IMG/VR virus record: IMGVR_UViG_3300047280_000041
Coordinates: 7,629-71,628 of that record
Source of the DNA: a virus
Taxonomy: Duplodnaviria > Caudoviricetes
Strand: one strand, 5' to 3'
Length of the DNA stretch: 64,000 nucleotides
Positions 10,501 to 20,060 of this stretch are shown one piece after another. Below the pieces are notes generated by a model. The model had not been told where the DNA came from, made no database searches, and saw only the letters and a program-made list of their open reading frames with translations. The translations under genes and the position numbers were made by a program. The first letter of the stretch is position 1; each line of letters begins with the position of its first letter.

Positions 10501-13500
10501 TCATCACAGACAAGACGCTGTCAGTTCAGCAACAGGAAGTGATCAAGCTCTTCCGTGAGAAAGCCACAGAGTGGATGCCAAAGATCCAGGCAAACCTGGC
10601 TTTGCGCACCAAAAACTTCCGTTATGAAGATCTCAGCCAGTTTCTGATCAGCGAAACAGACGGCAAGCTTGACCTCGATGAGAACGTCAAGACGGCGATC
10701 AGCTATGCGGTCTTCAGCTGGGTGGCTGAAAACGCTGCCCGCAGCCAGGACAACACCGATGAAGAGATCAATGCGATCCTGGATCGTGATGAATCGGCCA
10801 ACGTCACTGTCCGCGAGAAAGAGCTTCTGGGCAATGTTGGCACTCGTGAAAACGTGGTGCGCAACACCTTGGGCCAACGCATCGTTCAAGCACTTGGCTT
10901 GAAGGCAACCCAAGACGCACCTGTCAACCTGCAACCTGATCTGGAAGCAGCGCTGGGCGCGCACGCGTGGAAACTGATGATGGATCTGGGCTTGATCCAG
11001 CGATCCACGTTGTCCGGTACCGAGATGGCTGAGCTGACCGGCAAAGAATCCACGGATACCAATGCCGACTTCCATTTCGTCAAGCTGGCCCGTGACAACA
11101 CAGGCAACCTGACTCAGGATGCCGATGCCATCATCGAAGCATCGCTGGGCAGCCGTGGTGTGCTGGACAAAGTGTTCTCGGTAGAGTCCGGCATGAAGGA
11201 ACCAAGCCTTGAGCCGATTCCTTTTACCCAGACCAAGACCCGCAATACTAGCCAGAACGTTCCAGAAAAGCAGGCCAAGATCGTTGAAGCGAAAAACGCT
11301 GAAGCCAACTACGTTCGTCAGGACATGTGGCAGATCGTTACCCAGTTGGGTGAAACCGTGCTTCAGGCCATGGCCGGCGTGGAAGAAGTATCTGATGACA
11401 CAACTCACATCACGAATCGCTCGAGCTTGCGAGCCAAGAACGACGGCTTGATTCGTGAGATCAATCGCTTCATGCAGTTTGTTGGCTCGATGGCTGACAT
11501 TGAAGCGCCGATGTACTTTGAGCACTCGGTGTGGAAACAGCAGCGCGTGGGTATTGCCACCAACGTGATCAACCCACAGACCAGCAAAGTCCACCGCTTC
11601 ATGCTGTTCCGAAAGAACTGGGAAACCAAGGTCGACATGAACAACCAGAAGCAGATGGACAACTTCCGTCTGCGCGTGCTGGAAGGCTTGGGAGTGAAGA
11701 CCGACAAACAGTCCAATGCAACCTCATTGGCTTCCTACGAAAGCACTGTCAATGCACCTGTAATTAAGGATGCAGTTGAAGTTCTGCGCAAAGCGACCTA
11801 CGAAGGTGGCATCACCGAAGCCGAGCAGCAGACATTGCTGGCCGGCGTGATGGCAGGCAAGCAGAAGTTCCATTCACTGGATGCGCTGATGGCATTGGCT
11901 CATGAAGCCCAAGCCAAGCAAGAGAACAAGTCTAATTTCACTGTCCACATGATGGGTGAGATCGACGGTGTGACCAACGGCCCGATGCTCAGCCACCTGC
12001 TGCTGGGTGCAGCCGCTTTGGTGAAGAACCTGTTTGGCTTGCTGAATCGTGGTGGCTTCTTCGAAAAAGGCAATGCCGATTCCAACTACAACGTGTGGCG
12101 CGGCAAGCCGGGCTCGAAAGATCTCTACGAGATTACCGGTGCCCACATTGCTGCTTCAGTGCGTGGCTTGCTGACCAAGGACGCCAAGCTCGGTGCAACG
12201 CTGGATGCTGTCTACGCATTCACTGGTGACTTGACGCTCGAGACACCTGAGTTGTTGAAGAATCGACGAGAGATCGTCAAGAAGCCACTGACTGCCATGG
12301 TGTTTGGCTCGTCAGTGAGTTCTGCTGTGGACGGCATGGCCGATGCGTTTGTCGAGACGATTTACTCCAGCATCGAGAAGCTGGCTGAAGGCAAAGGTGA
12401 CGCCAAGCAAGTGCTGAACCATATCAACACTTTGCTGATCATGGGCAAAGGCCCATCACTCAAGCCAATGTCAGTCAGTGAGCTGATGGAGTATGAGTTC
12501 ACCCAGCAGCAAGTCAAGGCAATCAAGAAGAGTTTCAAAGACACCTTGGGCAAAGCTGTTGCCGAGACCATGCAAGCAGACTTCCAGCCGTTTATTGAGA
12601 AGCGAGATGTGCTGAACCGCAGCGCTCAGTTGTCATTCGAGATCTACAACGCGGCCTACACAAGCTTGCGTGATGCGTATCTGGCTAAGTTGGTGGCAGC
12701 AAATGAGCTGGCTGTGGACGCCAACAAACAACCTCTGCACGACTTGAATGCTAAGCAGTTGGCTGAGTTGAAGAAGCGCGTCAACAAGTTGACCCCAATC
12801 ATGCACACGGCTATGTCGAAAGACAGTGGTTCGTTGAATGCAGGTCTTTATGCGTCCAAGACTGGCCGCAAGCTGAGCTCACGCTCCACGTACAAAAGCA
12901 GTGTGCGCTTCGGCACACCTGTGAAGGGCACCAAGGTGTGGAGCTCAAAGAAGAATGCTTACGTTGAGCAGACTTCAGTGGAAGCCACCGCGTTTGAGCG
13001 CACCGAGATGAATCCTGGTGTGGCCATGGTGGTGATGTCTACGCACGCAACCGATTCAGCTATTTCGCACAATGCGGCTGACGGCAACGAAGTCCTGAAC
13101 GTCCATGATGCGCATGGCTCTGGCCTGGGTACTTTTGAGCAAACAGCCAAAAACCTGAACAAGGCAACCTGGGATGCCATGTTGAACTACTCACCTGCCA
13201 GTGAGATGTTTGCCATGCTGTCACGCACAGTCCAGGGTCTGGCTGTGTTGTCTGAACAATCGGACATCGACCCAGCTGTTATGGTGGCAGTCAAAGAAGC
13301 GCTCACTGCTTTTGCAGAGAAGAACAAGCTTGATCCCGACACCGTGTTGACCGACATGATGGTGGCCACCAAGACTGCCGCTTTTGAAGCAGACACCATG
13401 CGCTTGGAAGCGCTGGCTCAGATGGGTGCTGTTGACCAGTACGCATTGGAAGGTGGTCAGTACGAAGTCAGCGATGACGACCGCGCAGCTGCAATGGACA

Positions 13501-16500
13501 AGAGCACGGCGCTGAACAAGGAGATGACTTCTGATGAGTCTGCTGCTTTGGTTCAGGTTGCTTCGTCGCTTGGTCTGGCCTCCACCGCTGACGCGGCTAC
13601 AGCCAGTCCCGCTCCTCGCACGGCTCCCAAGCCCACAGTTGAAAGCGTGTTTGGGCCTGTCGGTACCCCAGCTATTGAAAGCGAAGGTGACCTGGTTGAG
13701 TTCTTTGCACTGTCTCCCAAGGCAACGGCCAAGGAAGTCATTGCCTTGCTGGCAGCACCTGGCCGCCTGAACCCTGTCAACCGCAAGATCCTGCAGTTGA
13801 TCAGCCGAACTGTCAGCCCTGAGCTGTCAATTCAGTTTGTCACCCCAGACACGGCCGAGAACCAAGTTCTGGACAAGCCAACTACCAACGCGCGCGGCTG
13901 GTATGTGGCCAAGAACGGTGCACGAGAGATCCATGTTCTGAGCCCTGAGTTCCTGCACTCTGGCTTGACCTCGGAGACTTTGCTTCACGAGCTGGTGCAC
14001 GCTGCCATTGCTGAGGCAATTGCCAACCCTTCGGCTGCTGCGAAGGAATTGATTGCCGAACTGGATGCCTTGCGCATCAAGGCCAAGCAATATGCTGATG
14101 CCAATGGCTTGACTCAGTTCAACAATGCGTTGGCCGATGTGCAGGAATTTGCTGCATGGGGCATGACCAATATAGAACTGCAGCGCGATGTGCTGAACAA
14201 GATTACGATGAAGTCCACTACTGGCAGCAACAAGCTGGTGACCGGCATGCAGAAGTTCATCAGCACGCTGACCCAGTTGCTGTTCAAGAAGCCTGATACC
14301 GCTATCGACAACGGTTTATCGGTGCTGGTCATCAACGTGTCTGGCTTGTTCTACGAAGCTGCCCAGAGCAATCAAGCAGGTACCAACCTGAATCTGGCTC
14401 AGGCTTCAGGAACCGATGCGGCGATCGACGCTTACACCACGTTGGAAATCCACGAAGCATTGGATACCGGGGCTCTGGAGCCATCGTTCAAGGCACACCT
14501 AGCCAACCTCCTCACGGGGATCGTTGAGAGCCTCCACGGCCCGTTTGGTGCGTTTGCCGCAGAGATGCGCAAGACAGAAGCCAGCACCCCCATGGATGTG
14601 TGGCTCAAGGCCATTGAAACTGGCAAGGCACCGTTTGCTTCAAGCATCGTGGCATCTGGCTTGGCTGGTAGTGAGCAAGAGCTCTTTGCCATGCAGCAGA
14701 TCGAAGCCACGGTCAAGGCTGCACTGGATGGCAACGAATCGTTGACCAAGCTGGCCTACAAGCAGTTGGCAGAGCTCTACAAGGAAGCCCGTGCCACTCT
14801 GAAGCCATCGGACTTTGCGTCTCAGGAAGAGTATGACTTCGTGTTCAGAATCGAAGCCGGTGACGGCGGCCGTTCAGATTACCTGGCTCGTTTTGCAGCC
14901 CTGGGTCTGGGCAACCAGAAGGTCAATGCGCTCCTGAAGTTCAACACCAAGGTCGACACCCGCCGTGCAGGTGCAGGCCAGACGATTACCGAGCGCTTGG
15001 AGAACCTGTTCGAGAAGATCGTGGCCTTCTTTGCCGAGAAGATCACGCATGCCTACGGTGGGCAGGCTGCAGACCAGAAGCTGGTTGCTTTGGTAGATCA
15101 GCTGGTGGACATCGAAGCCCGTAAACGCCATGCTTTCAAGCTGCGCGAGACAACGACGAACTTCATTGCACCGGTTGAGGATGCCGTGCGCAATGCCAGC
15201 GATGCTGCTCGAGCCAAGATTAGTCAGCTGGCTGGTTCGGACATGGTCCGCAAGAACAAGAACGCCTTTGTTCGTGCTGCCGGTGGCTTGGCCCGTACCT
15301 ATGCGAATGACCAGGTTGAATGGTTCCTGGAGGGCATGCAACGTCTGCGCGACCAGGAATTCAAGGGTCGATTGGGTGTGGGTGCAAGTTTTTTGGCTGA
15401 GCTCAAGGGTCCGTTGGCTCGATTCAACGCATTGCTGCGCGAAACCAAGCATCTGGAACAGACCCGCAAAAGCATCATCACCCAGCAGGCAGCGCTGTCA
15501 TTGAAGACCTTCATCAACGAAGGCAAGGACTTGACCAAGGAAAGCAAGGCAGCAATCTCTGCTGTGTTCTTGCGCACTGGCATGCACAATCTGCTGGCGC
15601 ATTTCACCTCAAGTGAGATGGAAAACCTGCTGAACAACTCAGCAGCGGTGGAAATGTCGATCGACGCGTTCGAAAGCCAGCTGACTTCCAAGATGAAGAA
15701 TCTGTACATTGCCCAAGCCAATGCACTGGGCTACTACAAGGCAACTGGCCGAGCACGTTCTCCTGCGTTGATGCTGAATGCTCATCTGATTGCCCGCATG
15801 GCAGGCACTCAGTTCAAGAATCAGATCTCCGAAGCAGAAGCAACTGCAGCTGAGCCAATCATCACTGCATTGGTGACGCTCTACGCGCTGAAGTATTCGG
15901 ACGCACAGACTCTGGCTGAAGCCAAGGAAGTGTTCCGTGCCGAGAACAATCGTGACGACGGTAACGGAGTCGAGTTCGTGTTGGCTTTGCACCAGAAACT
16001 GGAAGCCGATTCACTGCAACGTCTGTTCAAGGGCAACCCTGCATTGATGATCCATGGCTACACGCCTGAAATCTTCAACCCGCACACTGCAATTGCGGTG
16101 GCAGATGCTGTAGATGGTGCTGACTTGAAGAACCAGGGCTACTCGGTGGGTGCTGAAGTCACGAATGACCGCGCAGACCCAGACCAAAGCCAGAAACGCA
16201 TCTACGTGTTGCGTGATGGTGGCTTGGCCCCGTGGGTGTCCGGTGTGTTCTCGCTCTCAAGCATGAAAGCCAAGGGCGCGAAGAAGCACAACGGCTACAT
16301 GAACGTGAGCAACCAGAACGGTCTGGACAATGCTCTGCTGCAAGCCACGATCTCGAATGCCAAGCTCAAGTCGATGCAGTCCAGCAAGGATCCTCACCGT
16401 GATCTGTCCAAAGACATGGAGAACCACATGGTTCCCGTGTTCAATGAGATGGGTGAGATCGTGAACTGGCGTTACATGATGGCCGAAAGCACCAAAGACG

Positions 16501-17891
16501 CTTTGCTTGAGCGCGACAACCGCTTTGAGCAGGTGCTCGGTACCTTGGCTGGTTCGATCTTCGACAAGTCGACCTCACGCGAGCAGAACATGCAGGCCAT
16601 CACGGCATTGCGTGAGCAGTATGAGGCTGAATATGCAACCCGTCAGGACTCTTACATCCTGGTCGGTGAGCGCAGCGACGATCCTGAGATGCGTGCGATC
16701 TGGAATCTGTTGCCTGAGAACACCAAGCGCGATGTGCGCGCAGTGTGGGGCCGCAACGGCATGATGGTGCGCAGCGATTCACTGGACATCATGTTTGGTT
16801 ACCGCAAGCTAACTCTGGCCACCATGTTCCAGAAGGATCCTGAGGCACGCAACAAGCTCGAAAAATTGTTTGTCGGTGTGATGGAAACGGTACTGGCCAA
16901 CTACGGTGGCTACAAGCTGGGACTGACTCCTAAGGAAGCCGAAGACTACGCAAAGCGTGCGGCCGTAGTGGTGACACGCGGTGAGCGTGCATGGCAAGAG
17001 CTTGTGCACGAGGTGAAGGACATCATCGTGGTCAAGACTGGCTTCGTGATGCTGGGCAACATCTGGTCGAACTTGTCGCTGCTGGCCATGAGCGGTGTGT
17101 CCTTGAAAGACATCCTGCACCACCATCTGGTGGCCATGAAGGGAGCCACGGCTTACCAGCGTGACAACAACCGTTTGATGGAGCTGCAAACCCGTCTGGA
17201 GCTAGGCTACGTGCAAGGTGACGAAGCTGAGATTCGCCGTGAAATCTTGATCTTGCAGGACGCCATTGCTCGCAACCCAGTGAAGGAATTGATCGACGCT
17301 GGCTTGATGCCAACGATCGTGGAAGACGTGGCAGCCGAGGAGAACATCTACTCCTACAAGAGCAAGTTCGCGCGCGACGCAGAGAAGTACACGGACAAGT
17401 TGAACCCGAACGTCAAAGCAGCAGCGCGCATGATTTACATGACTCATGACACGCAAGCCTACCAAGCGCTGAGCCGCATCACGCAGCTCTCTGACTTTGT
17501 GGCTCGCTACACGTTGTACCAGCACCTGACCACCAAGCAGAAGGATCCGCTGAGCAAGGCAGAAGCGATTCAGGAAGCCAGCGATGCGTTTGTCAACTAC
17601 GACATTCCAATGCACCGTGGTTTGCAGTACAGCGATGACATGGGCATCATCCCGTTCACCAAGTACTTCCTGCGCATTCAGCGTGTGTTGTTGAAGCTGA
17701 CCCGTGAGAATCCTGCGCGTGTGTTCACTACTTTGCTGTTGAACAATTACCTGAACTTAGGCCCCATCGTTCTGGACAGCTCATTCATCCACCACCTGGG
17801 CAACAACCCATTTCACAGTGGCGCATTCCAGTTGCCGGGTACGTTGGATGAGTTGGCTACGGTCAACGCAGCAATGGCGGTGTTCAAGTAA
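7590..17891 (+). CDS. Virion-encapsidated RNA polymerase (N4 gp50-like vRNAP)
   Basis: 3433 aa, no Cys seen; motif A EIDGVTNGP (Asp at 11964), motif B REIVKKPLTAMVFG (12267-12308), motif C NVHDA (Asp at 13107). Confidence 0.97.
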   Translation: MATSDPRDYFTSRIAQEREANAQLGISTGYDTLQDTSRQKIADLQSLRKEIEVSKAAQAKSWVGQLDLNPDGVLGSLVNYGALGYSTVSRMAGEAVSLLPSVAAMADESSISPAEMEAYTRKTKNLATPEDIALLNRKKAFYAERDTPEAKARAQELADRNPSGLTALDLIERSTKMRGTARDISDSFDRTSVIHAAKREDFLSDVGQDFEAAWNQTGLANTFEKDKSVGNAKDVVTGLAKLVYNAGEAAVKNPKAASEYMAENLPQLLVGGAIKGGKYVLSATNAGYAADTYQKGLEKYANENNGAFPPAEERQYMAMMAAAAGLAEQAGELGQLAAIGKVRKAIPTGEDAARIGFKQSLLNTGKATATGLGEESVTEGFQTYAEGEAGRTPASAKDIYTSGVIGGISGGGLAGSGRAVAETLGATPEKVQARADDLEKNKVLDTAIQSGDVSLLLNPKEATYAPDKAIAALYGNSQLPDATPETKAANLEKAAAIVADLQEQKAKEESYLAGVSPAAVEDLKAKAQQARAQGDKQLAIDFETEAASIAGDTKTVARLQTKIARIDRQLTGAQQAMENFYQESQSKELDVTAEAAKVNDADPVVSKPAADSIINLSMATPERLDAGTATSLAENTNNALTTPQRAYLRAFSAARAAENLLKDMGKVSQEIFYGGKGMVGIQQYRSNVATFLAAGNRKAADTQMSQLGRFVKDHQAKAAVGAQALQQFQDTGKPVQLRTDGKQGWFIHTGQPLTVAELRKEGSLEINETSAKIVNSFGTEAAALQSAQAELQAAYDLKFNPTSEVSNVKDVSQTSSRGESTAVGSETKAANQDSADAEGGTGQRGAAADVQTNEAAGAGSRADATEVTEEAPASAVTTAETKTAEGQLQSTEDDNAVDEASPNADEAAAEIETGKLSVLDNKSPEGTEYQLRNLIADYFTQSASREGDVTTRPLVEVKNFLTQTAKGFTEFITDKTLSVQQQEVIKLFREKATEWMPKIQANLALRTKNFRYEDLSQFLISETDGKLDLDENVKTAISYAVFSWVAENAARSQDNTDEEINAILDRDESANVTVREKELLGNVGTRENVVRNTLGQRIVQALGLKATQDAPVNLQPDLEAALGAHAWKLMMDLGLIQRSTLSGTEMAELTGKESTDTNADFHFVKLARDNTGNLTQDADAIIEASLGSRGVLDKVFSVESGMKEPSLEPIPFTQTKTRNTSQNVPEKQAKIVEAKNAEANYVRQDMWQIVTQLGETVLQAMAGVEEVSDDTTHITNRSSLRAKNDGLIREINRFMQFVGSMADIEAPMYFEHSVWKQQRVGIATNVINPQTSKVHRFMLFRKNWETKVDMNNQKQMDNFRLRVLEGLGVKTDKQSNATSLASYESTVNAPVIKDAVEVLRKATYEGGITEAEQQTLLAGVMAGKQKFHSLDALMALAHEAQAKQENKSNFTVHMMGEIDGVTNGPMLSHLLLGAAALVKNLFGLLNRGGFFEKGNADSNYNVWRGKPGSKDLYEITGAHIAASVRGLLTKDAKLGATLDAVYAFTGDLTLETPELLKNRREIVKKPLTAMVFGSSVSSAVDGMADAFVETIYSSIEKLAEGKGDAKQVLNHINTLLIMGKGPSLKPMSVSELMEYEFTQQQVKAIKKSFKDTLGKAVAETMQADFQPFIEKRDVLNRSAQLSFEIYNAAYTSLRDAYLAKLVAANELAVDANKQPLHDLNAKQLAELKKRVNKLTPIMHTAMSKDSGSLNAGLYASKTGRKLSSRSTYKSSVRFGTPVKGTKVWSSKKNAYVEQTSVEATAFERTEMNPGVAMVVMSTHATDSAISHNAADGNEVLNVHDAHGSGLGTFEQTAKNLNKATWDAMLNYSPASEMFAMLSRTVQGLAVLSEQSDIDPAVMVAVKEALTAFAEKNKLDPDTVLTDMMVATKTAAFEADTMRLEALAQMGAVDQYALEGGQYEVSDDDRAAAMDKSTALNKEMTSDESAALVQVASSLGLASTADAATASPAPRTAPKPTVESVFGPVGTPAIESEGDLVEFFALSPKATAKEVIALLAAPGRLNPVNRKILQLISRTVSPELSIQFVTPDTAENQVLDKPTTNARGWYVAKNGAREIHVLSPEFLHSGLTSETLLHELVHAAIAEAIANPSAAAKELIAELDALRIKAKQYADANGLTQFNNALADVQEFAAWGMTNIELQRDVLNKITMKSTTGSNKLVTGMQKFISTLTQLLFKKPDTAIDNGLSVLVINVSGLFYEAAQSNQAGTNLNLAQASGTDAAIDAYTTLEIHEALDTGALEPSFKAHLANLLTGIVESLHGPFGAFAAEMRKTEASTPMDVWLKAIETGKAPFASSIVASGLAGSEQELFAMQQIEATVKAALDGNESLTKLAYKQLAELYKEARATLKPSDFASQEEYDFVFRIEAGDGGRSDYLARFAALGLGNQKVNALLKFNTKVDTRRAGAGQTITERLENLFEKIVAFFAEKITHAYGGQAADQKLVALVDQLVDIEARKRHAFKLRETTTNFIAPVEDAVRNASDAARAKISQLAGSDMVRKNKNAFVRAAGGLARTYANDQVEWFLEGMQRLRDQEFKGRLGVGASFLAELKGPLARFNALLRETKHLEQTRKSIITQQAALSLKTFINEGKDLTKESKAAISAVFLRTGMHNLLAHFTSSEMENLLNNSAAVEMSIDAFESQLTSKMKNLYIAQANALGYYKATGRARSPALMLNAHLIARMAGTQFKNQISEAEATAAEPIITALVTLYALKYSDAQTLAEAKEVFRAENNRDDGNGVEFVLALHQKLEADSLQRLFKGNPALMIHGYTPEIFNPHTAIAVADAVDGADLKNQGYSVGAEVTNDRADPDQSQKRIYVLRDGGLAPWVSGVFSLSSMKAKGAKKHNGYMNVSNQNGLDNALLQATISNAKLKSMQSSKDPHRDLSKDMENHMVPVFNEMGEIVNWRYMMAESTKDALLERDNRFEQVLGTLAGSIFDKSTSREQNMQAITALREQYEAEYATRQDSYILVGERSDDPEMRAIWNLLPENTKRDVRAVWGRNGMMVRSDSLDIMFGYRKLTLATMFQKDPEARNKLEKLFVGVMETVLANYGGYKLGLTPKEAEDYAKRAAVVVTRGERAWQELVHEVKDIIVVKTGFVMLGNIWSNLSLLAMSGVSLKDILHHHLVAMKGATAYQRDNNRLMELQTRLELGYVQGDEAEIRREILILQDAIARNPVKELIDAGLMPTIVEDVAAEENIYSYKSKFARDAEKYTDKLNPNVKAAARMIYMTHDTQAYQALSRITQLSDFVARYTLYQHLTTKQKDPLSKAEAIQEASDAFVNYDIPMHRGLQYSDDMGIIPFTKYFLRIQRVLLKLTRENPARVFTTLLLNNYLNLGPIVLDSSFIHHLGNNPFHSGAFQLPGTLDELATVNAAMAVFK

Positions 17892-18528
17892 CCCTCAAGG
17901 GTGAGGACTGGTCCGGCCCACCGGGAACCCCCAGTGGCAGTCCTCACTATTGAAGGTCCTGGTCTCTCCCAGGTGTCACACGAGAAGGAATGCACTGTTG
18001 CTTGCCCCGGGGGTTTACGCGTACCCCGGTAACTCATGCTGGCGAATCGTGTATGGCCGCTGCTCGTTGATGTTAGGTGATCGTCTCTCCGATCTGTCAC
18101 GCCGTTCTGCTGGACTTCTGACCCCCAGGCGTTCTCTCGTCGCAATTACAAACAATCCAGCTTGTGCCGCACCCCGGAAACCAGGCGGATGGCAGAGCCC
18201 CTTGCGGGGTTGGGTAATAGGTTGATGGTGGTTCCGTTCATTTTTGAGCGCGGGCTCCGACGGAACAGCGGAGATAGAACAATATTCGACAAACAAACCC
18301 TGTTACTGTAGCTGCATAGGGTTGATGAGCTCAGGGCCTGTTTGATTTCACCATCAGAACTGGGGACTGCTCACATAAAGCAGTGTAGGGAAGGAGTCTC
18401 ATGGCTATTCGCAATGAAACAACGGCGCTAACCCGTTGCCAGTCCCCAGATCTAATGGTGGTGCCTTACGGGCACCAATCGGTCTTGCATTTTATTACCC
18501 GCCGCTGCAAGACATGGCGGGTTGGTCG

Positions 18529-18834
18529 TCACTTGACGAGGATTTCGTCCAGCTTGCCGCCCTTGGCTATGAACGCTTCGACCCATTTGGGTTTGCGTCC
18601 ACGGCCGGACCAGACAAAGCTGCCCTGCTTGTACTTCACAGGGACTCTAGGTCTACCGGTAGCAGTGGTTCTGCTGGTTCCAACGAAGCTCAGATCTCTG
18701 ACACGAATGCCAAAGGTTCTGATCTTTGCGTTGATGTCTTCGATCGCCGCAGATCGCTCTTTGGAGAGCAGATCGTCTCTCTGTTTTTGCAGAGCTTCGA
18801 TCTGTTGTTGAAGGTCATCAAGCTTGTTGGCCAT
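18529..18834 (-). CDS. hns: H-NS family histone-like nucleoid protein
   Basis: N-terminal coiled coil (LDDLQQQIEALQKQRDDLLSKERSAAIEDI) and C-terminal PVKYK...VWSGRGRKPKW DNA-binding signature; start moved to the ATG at 18834 (AGGAC RBS). Confidence 0.9.
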   Translation of the reverse strand: MANKLDDLQQQIEALQKQRDDLLSKERSAAIEDINAKIRTFGIRVRDLSFVGTSRTTATGRPRVPVKYKQGSFVWSGRGRKPKWVEAFIAKGGKLDEILVK

Positions 18835-18877
18835 AGCTGCTAGTCCTGTTGGTTTGGGCGGTTGATCGAACAGAGCC

Positions 18878-19108
18878 TCAAGGGCTTTCCTTGGATTCTG
18901 TTCGTTTGTCGCCCGGTTTGGGGCGACTTGTTTCGTTTTCACAATATTCCTTGATGCAGTAAGCAACGAAAGCTATCACAGCTACGCCGGCAAGGAGCAC
19001 GCTCCCTACAAAAACGATTGCTGAAATGATCGCACCACCGACACAAAGTACCGTGAGAACGAAAATAGCGGCTAAGACATAGCCGATATTTCTGAGCACG
19101 CCCACCAC
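18878..19108 (-). CDS. Small membrane protein
   Basis: 76 aa with two long hydrophobic stretches and a charged tail. Confidence 0.6.
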   Translation of the reverse strand: MVGVLRNIGYVLAAIFVLTVLCVGGAIISAIVFVGSVLLAGVAVIAFVAYCIKEYCENETSRPKPGDKRTESKESP

Positions 19109-19117
19109 AGCGGCCTG

Positions 19118-19462
19118 TTAGTTAAACAGGCTTGTGGTTTTTGCAACACCAGCGGTGTTGTCTTCAGGATCTGCAACTGCTGCAGCTTGTTCAGCGTCAG
19201 CCTTGGTTTCAGGAGCAGCTGGGTTAGAAGCCACCACTTTCAATGCAGGGGCTTCAGAGGCTTTGATGGCTTCGTCCACTTCTGAATCGGTAAAACCAGG
19301 AATGCTGACATCTTCGATCGACACGTCGGCGATGATGCCTGCTTCCTTGCGGCCAGCCGTGAACGAAATGCTCACGTCTTTGCCAGCAAGACTGATGCCT
19401 TGAGCAGTTATGAACTGCTTCAGTGCAGCGATGATCTCGGTTTGTTTGAGCTGAATTTGCAT
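19118..19462 (-). CDS. Conserved N4-like hypothetical protein
   Basis: MQIQLKQTEIIAALKQFI...SFTAGRK and C-terminal SLFN; typical of the N4-like region next to the resolvase. Confidence 0.7.
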   Translation of the reverse strand: MQIQLKQTEIIAALKQFITAQGISLAGKDVSISFTAGRKEAGIIADVSIEDVSIPGFTDSEVDEAIKASEAPALKVVASNPAAPETKADAEQAAAVADPEDNTAGVAKTTSLFN

Positions 19463-19469
19463 AAGTCCC

Positions 19470-20060
19470 TTAAGAGGTTGCTGCCATGAACGGCAGCATT
19501 TGTTGAAACGAATTGCAGGCTAGGCCTGCGTAAATCGCAGCAACAGCATCGGCCATGTGCTCGGCTTTCGCCTCACTAACAACGTCCTTGCCGTTCTGCT
19601 TGTAAGTCGGCCAGTTGGCTTCAGGATGTGTCTCCATGGCCCACTTGATCATGTCTTGCTTGGTGGCTGTCTTGTTGCCTACGCTTGCAAGCTTGACTTC
19701 AGTTGGGGTCACCTCGAAGAAGGGAATACCGTTCGCTCTCAATGCCCCAAGAACGCCCACACAGATGCCGTAGGAAGCCATGGCTCGAGCAGACTGGCTG
19801 CCCACCGGGACTTCTACGAACACTGCATGCGCGCCATTGGTAACGTCGGATGCACCTTTGTAGAGCTGAAATGCTGACTCAAGATCGGAACTGTTCTGAC
19901 GCACTTGCTTGCCTTTGGAAAGCACAGGGTTAGTCAGGTCAAGATACTCGATGATGAGCTTTTTGGTTTTCAGATTCAAGTGCCCAACTGCAAGACCCCA
20001 GTTCCGAAGACTGGGATCTTGACCAACTACCTTGATGATCCTGTCCTCAGACGGGGTCAT
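19470..20060 (-). CDS. RuvC-like Holliday junction resolvase
   Basis: VVGQDPSLRNWGLA, VFVEVP and EHMADAVAA acidic catalytic motifs; start reassigned to the ATG at 20060. Confidence 0.85.
   Translation of the reverse strand: MTPSEDRIIKVVGQDPSLRNWGLAVGHLNLKTKKLIIEYLDLTNPVLSKGKQVRQNSSDLESAFQLYKGASDVTNGAHAVFVEVPVGSQSARAMASYGICVGVLGALRANGIPFFEVTPTEVKLASVGNKTATKQDMIKWAMETHPEANWPTYKQNGKDVVSEAKAEHMADAVAAIYAGLACNSFQQMLPFMAATS

Noticed and set aside
18015-18296. 93-aa - strand ORF and other ORFs in the structured gap
   Set aside because: No RBS, atypical composition, overlapping hairpins; treated as non-coding.
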